Assembly (NCBI GenBank): GCA_963701075.1
Contig: OY969559.1
Coordinates: 1,312,001-1,376,000, forward strand
Direction of reading: 5' to 3'
From: an uncultured Nitrososphaerota archaeon
GTDB taxonomy: Archaea; Thermoproteota; Nitrososphaeria; Nitrososphaerales; Nitrosopumilaceae
DNA: 64,000 nt
Shown: positions 52,452 through 60,898 of the stretch, piece by piece
Numbering within the stretch: the first letter of the stretch is position 1
Layout: every line of letters starts with the position of its first letter
Made by a program: the position numbers and the translations under genes
Notes under the pieces: generated by a model
What the model was told of the DNA's origin: nothing
The model's input: the letters and a program-made list of their open reading frames with translations, nothing else
Databases searched by the model: none

Positions 52452-52528
52452 GCCACCGTAGCTCAGCCCGGGAGAGCACTCGGCTGAAGACCGAGCTGTC
52501 GCGCGTTCAAGTCCCGCCGGTGGCACCA
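52452..52528 (+). tRNA. tRNA-Phe(GAA) with encoded CCA
   Basis: Acceptor stem GCCACCG/CGGTGGC, anticodon arm CTCGG-CTGAAGA-CCGAG and TTCAA T-loop; one C:C mismatch in the T-stem. Confidence 0.95.
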
Positions 52529-52553
52529 TATAGTTTAAAATAATTTTTGAATC

Positions 52554-52928
52554 CTAATCAGTTCTGCCACTTAAGGTCAAATGTTTGTGTTGTATATATG
52601 CCCGATAGTTTGTAATCAAAAGCAAGACTTGCAAAACATACCCGCCCGTAATTAAGATCAGGGCATTGTAGAGAGGATGTAACGTTGTCATTATTTCAAT
52701 ATGTTTGTAAAATGCGCTATTTCCAACTATAACGATTCCAGATATCACAAAGTTTGGAATGTAAACATGTCTGTAATTTTTTGCTGTCAAGACTGTAAGA
52801 GAGACAAAACAGCCTTCTAACAGAAGGGCTTGTGGAATAAACTTAGGATCCCCCAGCGGAATTCCTAAAACTCCTACGGCAGAGACGGCAGCAAGAATTA
52901 TCACCACATTTTTCTGCATTTTATTCAT
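52554..52928 (-). CDS. Small membrane protein
   Basis: Four hydrophobic segments. Confidence 0.7.
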   Translation of the reverse strand: MNKMQKNVVIILAAVSAVGVLGIPLGDPKFIPQALLLEGCFVSLTVLTAKNYRHVYIPNFVISGIVIVGNSAFYKHIEIMTTLHPLYNALILITGGYVLQVLLLITNYRAYIQHKHLTLSGRTD

Positions 52929-53047
52929 TGGTACCTAAAAGAATGATCTATTCTTAATAAAAATACTCGTTGTTTTCAAATTCTGTTAGATGACACCATG
53001 TTAAATATATGGCAAGTACGTGACATATCTATAATGAGGATGAAATT

Positions 53048-53407
53048 ATGAGTACTGCGCCTACAAATGTAAGTAATTATTGCAAAAAAATACTCGACCT
53101 CGATCCGCAAATCAGGTTTGCTGGAAAAATTGTTAACGATCAGCTTGTCTCGTCTGCAAGAAAAGACGGAGTCATTCCACTTCTTGACAAACAACTCGCA
53201 GATCTAGCGCATCATCAGGTTCTCGTAAAAGCGATGATGGATAAAATGTTTACAGATAAGATGGGCAAAACAGACTGGGTTGTTGAATCAAAAGGTAAAG
53301 TGAAACTATTGACCATATTTCAAGAAGATGGAATACTCATAATATCGACAGAGCCCTCATCGGATCATCATTCAATAATTGAAAAGATAAAAAAGATGAA
53401 AATGTGA
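53048..53407 (+). CDS. Roadblock/longin-like thaumarchaeal protein (DUF6659-like)
   Basis: CKKILDLDPQIRFAG...MGKTDWVVESKGKVKLLT. Confidence 0.7.
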   Translation: MSTAPTNVSNYCKKILDLDPQIRFAGKIVNDQLVSSARKDGVIPLLDKQLADLAHHQVLVKAMMDKMFTDKMGKTDWVVESKGKVKLLTIFQEDGILIISTEPSSDHHSIIEKIKKMKM

Positions 53408-53499
53408 ATTTATTCAAGATTTACATCTAGTGTAAAAATGATCCACGGTAAGCAATTTTTTCCTTTTAATACCAGATGAGACAAGTTTAAAAGCATGAT

Positions 53500-53757
53500 A
53501 TGCATTGTTGGTTAATCGTCGCAATGACCAAGGAAAAGAAAAAAGAGACAAAAAAACCTACAAAAAAGGAGATCAAAAAGAAAGATATTCCAAAAGCAAA
53601 GCCAAAAGAGAAAACCAAGCTTAAGGAAGACATCGTAGAGGAAGATTCAGGAATAATCGTCGTGGAGGATGATACCGACGTAGATAAAGAGGCAGAATTA
53701 GAAGCTAGGAAGGCATATCTTGAAGAAGCTCGATCCCAAGAAGCAAGCGATGATTAA
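53500..53757 (+). CDS. Small charged protein (Lys-rich N-half, acidic C-half)
   Basis: Bipartite charge pattern; the likely start is MTKEKK. Confidence 0.65.
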   Translation: MHCWLIVAMTKEKKKETKKPTKKEIKKKDIPKAKPKEKTKLKEDIVEEDSGIIVVEDDTDVDKEAELEARKAYLEEARSQEASDD

Positions 53758-53821
53758 GTTCAGTTTTATTTTCTTCATATAGATCATAAACACTTATCCG
53801 TAATAACACGATTAAAAAGCC

Positions 53822-54070
53822 ATGAGGGCTTTATGCTTGATTACTGTCAAGCCTGGAAAGGTGGACAATGTCATAAAGATACTGCAAAAAATACGAAAAA
53901 TCGTTAAAGAAATCATGATTGTTACAGGCAGGGCTGATATCATAGTAGTATTACAAGGCACTATGGATGAGATAAACAACATGGTGATAGATTTCAAGAA
54001 AATAAAGGAAATCGTATCAACAGAAACCCTGATTGAAGTGGAGGTGGATTTAGGCTGGTCAAAGCCGTAG
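53822..54070 (+). CDS. Lrp/AsnC ligand-binding domain protein
   Basis: ALCLITVKPG...VTGRADII...STETLIEV. Confidence 0.85.
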   Translation: MRALCLITVKPGKVDNVIKILQKIRKIVKEIMIVTGRADIIVVLQGTMDEINNMVIDFKKIKEIVSTETLIEVEVDLGWSKP

Positions 54071-54274
54071 TCCTCGTCAAATCCCCTAAAAAGCTGATCG
54101 CTGCAAGGCTACGCATGGTAAAGTCCGTTTACGACTCTTTTGCCGTAAGCGGCCAATTTGACGCCGTAGACTCTAATTGACGTAAAAGAGCTGTCCGAGA
54201 TCAAGGAAGTAACTACAGAGATTCAGAACATACGAGGCGTGGAAAGAACGGAAACTATGGTTCAAGTGGTATAG
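54055..54274 (+). CDS. Second Lrp/AsnC ligand-binding domain protein, absent from the ORF track (+1 indel at ~54170; possible CTG start)
   Basis: VKAVVLVKSPKKLIAARLRMVKSVYDSFAVSGQFDAV(A)LIDVKELSEIKEVTTEIQNIRGVERTETMVQVV; GGAGGTG SD 8 nt upstream. Confidence 0.8.
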
Positions 54275-54310
54275 CATAACGGTTTTAACATTGTAGTTTT
54301 TAATTGTCAT

Positions 54311-54721
54311 ATGAACATAAAGCATCTTGGAAGCGTAATAATAGCGGTTTCCGACCTGGAAAAATCCATCAAATATTATAGTGAAATAATAGGGCTGCCA
54401 ATCAAGAACAATAGAGGGGATTGGGCAGAATTGGGAAGAGATGGTGCTACAGTAATACTGCATCCTGCCTCAAGGCCTATCAATACTGGAACATCCATTG
54501 AAAATGGCATTGTAATAGGTCTCATTGTTGGAGATATAGAATCTGCAGTACAAGAACTCAGATCAAGCAATGTTGTAATATATCGAGAAATTACTGTACA
54601 TAAGGCAGGAAAGAATTGCATAGTTCTTGATCCAGACAAGTATATGATCTCGTTGTTTGAACCATCAGCTGAAGGTGGCCCACGACAAGCAAGAGGCTTT
54701 CATGGCTTTGCGCCAGTCTAA
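54311..54721 (+). CDS. VOC/glyoxalase family protein
   Basis: VSDLEKSIKYYSEIIGL...VLDPDKYMISL. Confidence 0.88.
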   Translation: MNIKHLGSVIIAVSDLEKSIKYYSEIIGLPIKNNRGDWAELGRDGATVILHPASRPINTGTSIENGIVIGLIVGDIESAVQELRSSNVVIYREITVHKAGKNCIVLDPDKYMISLFEPSAEGGPRQARGFHGFAPV

Positions 54722-55110
54722 ATTACTTTTTTAATTTTTGCAATAATTTTTGCAATTGCATCTACGGTTACATTTTTGCCTATCGAGACATAGTAGATTC
54801 CTTCTTTACTTTGGAAAACTACTAGAGTTATCTTATCATGTTTGAAGATGGCATAGTTCATCTTCCCTATTGCAATGTCTATTTTGTTACGCATGTTAAA
54901 CATAGTGGACACCAAAAAGAATTCGTTTCTTGCTGATTCTGATTTCAAAAGAATGTTAGTTCCAGGTTTAATTATTCCAGTTAGCGTCCTTCCATATTCA
55001 TTTACAAGTCCAACATATCGGATTGAAGGAGACAAACCTACGATCTGCTGACACTTCTTTTTATATTTGGAAATTTCTTCGTTCCATTTTTGATTTGGTG
55101 TTTTGTTCAC
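54718..55110 (-). CDS. Roadblock/longin-like thaumarchaeal protein (DUF6659-like)
   Basis: CQQIVGLSPSIRYVGLVNEYG...IGKMNYAIFKHDKI; resembles 53048..53407. Confidence 0.7.
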   Translation of the reverse strand: MNKTPNQKWNEEISKYKKKCQQIVGLSPSIRYVGLVNEYGRTLTGIIKPGTNILLKSESARNEFFLVSTMFNMRNKIDIAIGKMNYAIFKHDKITLVVFQSKEGIYYVSIGKNVTVDAIAKIIAKIKKVI

Positions 55111-55147
55111 AAGAAACGTAATGTTTTATAGCTTTATAAAGTTCGAG

Positions 55148-55519
55148 CTAATTTTTCTTTTCCTTGTTTTTGCTAGTTTTCAGAACAGAATTTTCTTGTC
55201 GTAGTCTCTCATTTTCTTCTTGTAATGTCTCTACTGCCTGTATTTTTGCATGCATTGGATGCCCTGGCATGAACTGACTGGGAGACAGATTAAACAGACC
55301 TGACGCATAATGCTGGAACATTGCATGATGACCATCCAATCTTCCCATCATGGCATCTTTGTCACGCACTATGACATCCTTGATTTTACTGACATTTGAT
55401 ATGCCAAGTGATGGGTTTACTCGCGGCGGGAGCCTTGGAAAAGCAAAAGGAGAATTAATCATGTCAAATGGCTGATTGTATAAATCCATCATTCTTTTAG
55501 TATTAATATAACCCCACAC
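55148..55519 (-). CDS. Hypothetical protein with a C-terminal coiled coil
   Basis: PGHPM...LQEENERLRQEN; start uncertain. Confidence 0.6.
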   Translation of the reverse strand: MWGYINTKRMMDLYNQPFDMINSPFAFPRLPPRVNPSLGISNVSKIKDVIVRDKDAMMGRLDGHHAMFQHYASGLFNLSPSQFMPGHPMHAKIQAVETLQEENERLRQENSVLKTSKNKEKKN

Positions 55520-55663
55520 GAAAGCAAGTCAAGTCTGACCCTTATTTCATGGTTACGCACGAATTCGCTCGTTAGATAACCTATCATGTCAAGTGACAGT
55601 CATTTTTTATCAAATTACGTTGATCGCAGATCCTTATAGAACGGCCAGATCGAGATAAAAGAA

Positions 55664-55813
55664 ATGTCAAAAACAATATCTATGAACTGTATGAAATGTA
55701 AAAAAAATATAGTTTCAACAGATTTGTATAAAATTGTAATGTATATTATTGATCAAAAGTTCACCGATCATCATTACGAACATGTTGAATGTCCAGACAA
55801 ATTTACTGTCTAA
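55664..55813 (+). CDS. Zinc-finger microprotein CxxC...HxxC (49 aa)
   Basis: MSKTISMNCMKCKKNIVSTDLYKIVMYIIDQKFTDHHYEHVECPDKFTV. Confidence 0.65.
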   Translation: MSKTISMNCMKCKKNIVSTDLYKIVMYIIDQKFTDHHYEHVECPDKFTV

Positions 55814-56610
55814 ACATGTAACGCGTAAACATCATAGATTTTCCCAGTCTCCTTGTCGTGATACATCCATTGATTTCCATGCCATTCCATTTTTTTGAAC
55901 AAGTCCTTCAAAGATGGATGTAATTTTTCGTAAACATCTTTTCCAATTAAGATCTGGTTTGGTCTTGCTAACGCGGTAATCTTTGCGGCTATGCTTGCTG
56001 CAGGGCCCAAGATGTCTACATGCGATCTAATTTTATCTGATCCATATCGCACGATAGCATTTTCGCCAAAGTCCATCCCTACTTTTACACGTAGTTCTGG
56101 ATAATCATATTCGCTTAGAATTGGGTTGATCCCTCTTTCTATTACATCGATCATGGTTTTTGCGCAATTTACTGCATTATCAGAAACAACAAGTGGGTTT
56201 TCTTCTGCAACAAAGTATCCAATTACAGCATCTCCGACATACTTGAGTACGTATCCTCCATAATTTTTTATCACGTATCTCATTTCTTGGGAGAAAGAAC
56301 TTATGATTATCCCTAGTTTTTCAGCTGGGAGTGTCAGAGACATTTCTGTTGAACCTACAAGATCTACAAACATTACTATCATGTGCTGCCTCTGCGATAC
56401 ATGATTACGGAGAAACTGATCAGATTCATCTACCAAATAACCGTATTCATATCCCTTTTTGAGCGAACCCCAGACCCTTTTCTGCGTCTCTTTTATGAGC
56501 GATTCTGTGTCAAGGCATCCTGTTCGACCTCCACTTAGCATCATGTCTACTATACTATTAGTAGAGATTTTCTCATCAGGAGTGGATTCGGATTCAGGGG
56601 TTTCACTCAT
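55810..56610 (-). CDS. Class III adenylate/guanylate cyclase
   Basis: MFVDLVGST, VLKYVGDAVI and DILGPAASIAAK. Confidence 0.92.
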   Translation of the reverse strand: MSETPESESTPDEKISTNSIVDMMLSGGRTGCLDTESLIKETQKRVWGSLKKGYEYGYLVDESDQFLRNHVSQRQHMIVMFVDLVGSTEMSLTLPAEKLGIIISSFSQEMRYVIKNYGGYVLKYVGDAVIGYFVAEENPLVVSDNAVNCAKTMIDVIERGINPILSEYDYPELRVKVGMDFGENAIVRYGSDKIRSHVDILGPAASIAAKITALARPNQILIGKDVYEKLHPSLKDLFKKMEWHGNQWMYHDKETGKIYDVYALHV

Positions 56611-56616
56611 TTGCCA

Positions 56617-56748
56617 TCACTCCAATGGGAAATTGACTCCGCATACTGGACATTGACCTCTTTCTCCCTTGTATTTTATATCAAAGTATTGCACAATTTC
56701 TACGTCACAATTCCAACAGATTATTTTTTTAAACGAGGGTTTTGCCAT
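56617..56748 (-). CDS. Zinc-ribbon microprotein (43 aa) directly upstream of the cyclase
   Basis: MAKPSFKKIICWNCDVEIVQYFDIKYKGERGQCPVCGVNFPLE. Confidence 0.7.
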   Translation of the reverse strand: MAKPSFKKIICWNCDVEIVQYFDIKYKGERGQCPVCGVNFPLE

Positions 56749-56827
56749 CTTCTCGTACAATTAAAGTCGCTCTCAATTGATATTTAAACTACCTATCAAT
56801 TTTATTTAAGAGGAACAAGGAAAAAGC

Positions 56828-57664
56828 GTGCAAATCCCATCAAACTTGACCGATCCATTTGTAAAATCCATGTCGGAGAAAGGCGAAGAAATACGTACTT
56901 TATTTCTTGAGCATGTAAAGGGCCTTGTCATAAAGGTACCAGTAAGAGTAATGCTGGGCGATGGGACTGTCTCAAACCAAGAATCCTTTGATCCTGGAAA
57001 AGCAAGACAGTTTTATGACTCCATTCTAAGAAGCCTGCCAGGTTGGACGCATGATGGCACATCAGTCACAACTGACCAAGATCTAAGACGTAGTTTTATC
57101 AAATTTGAAGTAAAAGAGAGCAACTATGTCTTGTCGGCGCACATGTCGCTTCAGTATCATGCCTTGCTCTTTTACAAACTTGACCACAAAGTAATTGACA
57201 TACAAAAGGAGTTATCTGAAATAAGTGACAAAATAAAGGATCTTCAGCAAAATATGGCTCCACAGAGCGATAAAATAATAGAAGAAACGATGAGGCAAAA
57301 GGGATATGAAAACATGGATCAGCAAAAACTCTTCGAGGTGCTATTTGAGCATGATGACTTGACACAAGAACTGGCAAAACATCTACAATCAAACCACGAA
57401 AAAATCAACAAGCTAATTGAAAGACAGAGTTTTCTTTTCAAGGAATTAGACAACATGTTAATTGAAGTATATCATACAACTCCTGTGATGATTGATGAGA
57501 TGAAAATGATTGCTGCGGAAGAAGGCTGCCTGTGTATCTTTAATTTGGAGCATTTAAAAAATAATTCAAGAGATGGAAATTTAGATCTAGTAAGAATGTC
57601 AGCCACGGTAAAAGACAATTTGTTAAAGCGAATGGATGAGATCAAAAAGGCGTTAAAAATTTAA
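56828..57664 (+). CDS. Hypothetical protein with a coiled coil
   Basis: 278-aa ORF; no motif recognised. Confidence 0.75.
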   Translation: MQIPSNLTDPFVKSMSEKGEEIRTLFLEHVKGLVIKVPVRVMLGDGTVSNQESFDPGKARQFYDSILRSLPGWTHDGTSVTTDQDLRRSFIKFEVKESNYVLSAHMSLQYHALLFYKLDHKVIDIQKELSEISDKIKDLQQNMAPQSDKIIEETMRQKGYENMDQQKLFEVLFEHDDLTQELAKHLQSNHEKINKLIERQSFLFKELDNMLIEVYHTTPVMIDEMKMIAAEEGCLCIFNLEHLKNNSRDGNLDLVRMSATVKDNLLKRMDEIKKALKI

Positions 57665-57706
57665 AAATTGTTTATATTCCAGTCTTTTTTATTTATTGAT
57701 ACTTTT

Positions 57707-57779
57707 AGTCAAGGGACCATGGAACTGATACGAGACGTCACACAGATTTGGGGAGTTGACGTCAAGTGGCCCCTTGACT
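57707..57779. ncRNA. Candidate structured ncRNA (two-stem hairpin)
   Basis: AGTCAAGGGACCA/TGGCCCCTTGACT 13-bp outer stem (1 mismatch) and GACGTCA/TGACGTC inner stem; GC-rich within AT-rich intergenic DNA. Confidence 0.5.
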
Positions 57780-57952
57780 TCTTAGATCTGAGATCTGATC
57801 CAAATGATATTTAGCCTTTTCCAGATCCCTGAAAATATTAGAAAAAAAGAAAATAGCGATACAATTTTTGCATGAATTGTGTATAAAAATCAAAAATGCT
57901 CAACGTTTTTTGGCCTTCTACTATTTAAAAAACCAAATATACCGTAACAAGC

Positions 57953-59173
57953 GTGAAGAGGATATTGAATTTAACTTATGAAGATATTGTAAAATCGCAA
58001 AAGATCCAAGGAAGAGTAATCCGTAGTACACCGCTTGAACTGTCTCGTACTTTTAGCCATATGACAGGTTCTCAGGTTTATCTGAAATCAGAATGCTTGC
58101 AAAAAACTGGCTCGTTCAAAGTTCGTGGGGCATATGCAAAGATTGCTACTTTGACAGGGGAAGAAAAAAGAAAAGGAGTCATTGCAGCATCGGCTGGAAA
58201 TCACGCTCAAGGAGTTGCATTTGCCTCAGCATTAGAAAAAATCCCTTGCACAATTGTAATGCCTGTCACTGCCTCGCCTGCAAAGGTGTCGGCAACTAGA
58301 TCATATGGTGCAAACGTTGTACTATACGGCACAATATATGACGAATCATGGTCCAAGGCACAAGAACTATCGAGAAAAACAGGTGCCACCATAATACATG
58401 CGTTTGATGATGAAACTGTTATCGCAGCACAAGGAGTAATAGGTCTTGAAATAATGCACGATCTTCCAAACGTTGACGAAATCTATGTTCCAATAGGAGG
58501 CGGCGGTCTTGCAGCTGGAATTTTGAAAGCAGTCAAGTCAAAAAAACCCCATGTCAAAGTAATCGGAGTCCAGTCATCTGCATTTCCAGCAATGAAGAAA
58601 TCCTTTGACTCTGGCAAACTTGAAGCAGTGAGAGGACAAAGAACAATTGCAGATGGGATCTCGGTAAAAAAACCTGGCGAGTCCACATTTAAGATCATCA
58701 AGGAGTTGATTGACGATATAGTTTTAGTAGATGATTCACAGATTGTCAAGGCCATGTTTCTTTTAATGGAGAGGGCTAAAATGGTAGTAGAGCCAGCAGG
58801 AGCAGTAAGCCTTGCATATCTTCTTGACAAAAAACCTACCAAAGGAAAGAATGTCGTGCCAATACTTTCTGGAGGTAATGTCGACATGTACTTGCTTGGT
58901 CAAATAGTTGCCAAAGGTCTAACCGAGATGAGGAGAATGGTCAAGATTTTCATTGTACTCACTGACAAGCCAGGTGCTCTAAAGGAAGTGATAGATGTAA
59001 TATCTTCCCTAAGTGTGAACATAGTTGAAGTAGTTCATGATAGATTAAGCTCAAACATTCCAGCAGGCACTGCTGGTGTAACTCTAAGCCTGGAAACTGA
59101 GAATCCAAGACATGCAGAGCGGCTCATAGCAAATCTGAGGCAGAGAAATATCATATTCAAGATAGTTACTTGA
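57953..59173 (+). CDS. ilvA: Threonine ammonia-lyase with a C-terminal ACT domain
   Basis: QKTGSFKVRGA, ASAGNHAQG, PIGGGGL and DKPGAL. Confidence 0.94.
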   Translation: MKRILNLTYEDIVKSQKIQGRVIRSTPLELSRTFSHMTGSQVYLKSECLQKTGSFKVRGAYAKIATLTGEEKRKGVIAASAGNHAQGVAFASALEKIPCTIVMPVTASPAKVSATRSYGANVVLYGTIYDESWSKAQELSRKTGATIIHAFDDETVIAAQGVIGLEIMHDLPNVDEIYVPIGGGGLAAGILKAVKSKKPHVKVIGVQSSAFPAMKKSFDSGKLEAVRGQRTIADGISVKKPGESTFKIIKELIDDIVLVDDSQIVKAMFLLMERAKMVVEPAGAVSLAYLLDKKPTKGKNVVPILSGGNVDMYLLGQIVAKGLTEMRRMVKIFIVLTDKPGALKEVIDVISSLSVNIVEVVHDRLSSNIPAGTAGVTLSLETENPRHAERLIANLRQRNIIFKIVT

Positions 59174-59283
59174 GCAATAGATTTTTTACAGAATTTGGAC
59201 TACAAATCGCTATCATAAGGTCCTGTCATCTTCACTACTGTATTTCTAACTGTTAACGCAGTTGCTGGTATTTGATATCTGAT

Positions 59284-59400
59284 CTATTCATCAATTATTG
59301 TAGTTCCATCTGAAAACACCGTTACTTTTTTTCCATTATTCCACAATACAACTACTTTTTCATCAGTAAGAATGATGTCTTTGAATCCCTTTATAGCCAC
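59284..59400 (-). CDS. Small beta-rich protein (38 aa) downstream of mntH
   Basis: GAGGTGA SD before a GTG start; MAIKGFKDIILTDEKVVVLWNNGKKVTVFSDGTTIIDE. Confidence 0.55.
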   Translation of the reverse strand: MAIKGFKDIILTDEKVVVLWNNGKKVTVFSDGTTIIDE

Positions 59401-59450
59401 ATTATCACCTCTTGTTTTTGCAAAACCATAATGGTTACCATATTGTCTGA

Positions 59451-60749
59451 CTACGTTGGCGTCAGGCTTGGAACAAATGTAGTGATTATGAGATAGGAGT
59501 TGAATCCAAGTATTAGTCCTACAACCGCGTACGCCACTATATTTGTGATCTTTCGGTTAACAAACTCTCCCATTAGTTTCTTGTTTCTTGAAAGAAGCAC
59601 CAATGGAATCATGGGTAGCGGTATCAGTAAACTAAGTATGATTTGGCTGTAGACCAATATGTTTAGTGGGTCAATACCTAGAAGTACTGCAATAGTACAT
59701 GGCACTACATTAACAAATCTAGTTATGAAGCGTCGGATCCAAACGTTTGTCTTCTTTCCTAATAGACCTTCATATATTGATTGACCAGCCATTGTTCCAA
59801 CTACTGAAGATGAAATTCCTGAAGCCAGTAGAGTTACAAGAAAGATCACTCCAGCTCCAATTCCAAATAGAGGAACCAGTATCTTGTAGGCGTCGTTTAT
59901 GGAAGCAACACCAGGGTTGTTAACGTGAAATGCTGATGCGGCTACTATCATTATTGCTGCGTTTATCACACCTGCAATGGTAAGAAGTATGATACATTCA
60001 TACAAGTGGAGCTTGCGAGCCTTTCTTCTCTCATCGAGTGATTTATCATGCATTTTTGTCGCTGTGAGTGACGTATGAACAAAGAGTGCATGCGGCATAA
60101 CCGTAGCTCCGATGACTCCAACTGCTATCATAAGAGCACCGCTATTATCAAGTATGGGCATAACCGAATGGTATGCAATAGATGGCAGATCTGGTTTTGT
60201 TAGAAAGAGCTCATAGAAGAAACCAATTCCAATAACCGATACAAACAACATGAACATCTGCTCGATAATTCTAAATTTGCGTGTTGTAAGGGTCAGTATC
60301 AGGATAACATCAAATGCTCCAAATATTGAAGCATAAATCATAGGTACGCCAAATAGCAAATTTAAAGCAATAACAGTTCCAAGATACTCTGCCAAGTCTG
60401 TCGCGGCAGCTGCTCCCTCTGCAGCAAGCCAATAGGGAATAACGAATACTTTTTTCTTCAATTTTTCACGCAATATCTCTGGCAAAGATTGCCCCGTAGC
60501 TATTCCAAGTTTCCCAGATAGATACTGGAGAAGCATTGCCATTCCACTTGCGAGCCATACCACCCATAGCAGATTATAGTTGTACGCTGCTCCTCCCTGG
60601 ATATCGGTTCCATAGTTTCCAGGGTCCATGTAAGCAATGCTGACAATGACGGCAGGACCCATGTAGGAAAATAGTTGTGCAAGCATGCTGTTACGATAAG
60701 CTGCCCTGATCTTGGAAAACTTGCTGGTTTTTTCTGGGATCTCTGTCAT
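59451..60749 (-). CDS. mntH: Nramp-family divalent metal (Mn2+/Fe2+) transporter
   Basis: AYMDPGN, GATVMPHALFVH and GTMAGQ. Confidence 0.95.
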   Translation of the reverse strand: MTEIPEKTSKFSKIRAAYRNSMLAQLFSYMGPAVIVSIAYMDPGNYGTDIQGGAAYNYNLLWVVWLASGMAMLLQYLSGKLGIATGQSLPEILREKLKKKVFVIPYWLAAEGAAAATDLAEYLGTVIALNLLFGVPMIYASIFGAFDVILILTLTTRKFRIIEQMFMLFVSVIGIGFFYELFLTKPDLPSIAYHSVMPILDNSGALMIAVGVIGATVMPHALFVHTSLTATKMHDKSLDERRKARKLHLYECIILLTIAGVINAAIMIVAASAFHVNNPGVASINDAYKILVPLFGIGAGVIFLVTLLASGISSSVVGTMAGQSIYEGLLGKKTNVWIRRFITRFVNVVPCTIAVLLGIDPLNILVYSQIILSLLIPLPMIPLVLLSRNKKLMGEFVNRKITNIVAYAVVGLILGFNSYLIITTFVPSLTPT

Positions 60750-60764
60750 GATTTCTAATTTAAA

Positions 60765-60822
60765 GAGTTTTCAGGCTACATATAATGTTTAGCTTAGGCT
60801 ACATTATTTAGCTTGATCTAAA
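60765..60822. promoter_or_regulatory. Tandem DtxR/MntR-like operator boxes over the mntH promoter
   Basis: TTTAG-CTTGAT-CTAAA (60807-60822), TTTAG-CTTAGG-CTACA (60788-60803) and a half-site AGGCTACA (60773-60780). Confidence 0.65.
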
Positions 60823-60898
60823 TTCAAATATGTATAGAAGCTGTTATTATCAGTAAACAAAAATATGATCTAGTTGACAAAAACTAGATCGTAATGGA

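Noticed and set aside
52501-52517. C:C mismatch in the tRNA-Phe T-stem as evidence of editing
   Set aside because: A single mismatch in an assembly with evident errors cannot support that claim.
12748-54274. Split genes as true pseudogenes or programmed frameshifts
   Set aside because: Both halves are otherwise intact, there are no slippery heptamers, and the breaks share an AGCT context, so sequencing error is more likely.
57762-57893. Minus-strand 43-aa ORF ending ...DLEKAKYHLDQISDLRSQGAT over the hairpin
   Set aside because: It has a weak TTG start, a T-tract-derived N-terminus and no support beyond a short chance-like motif.
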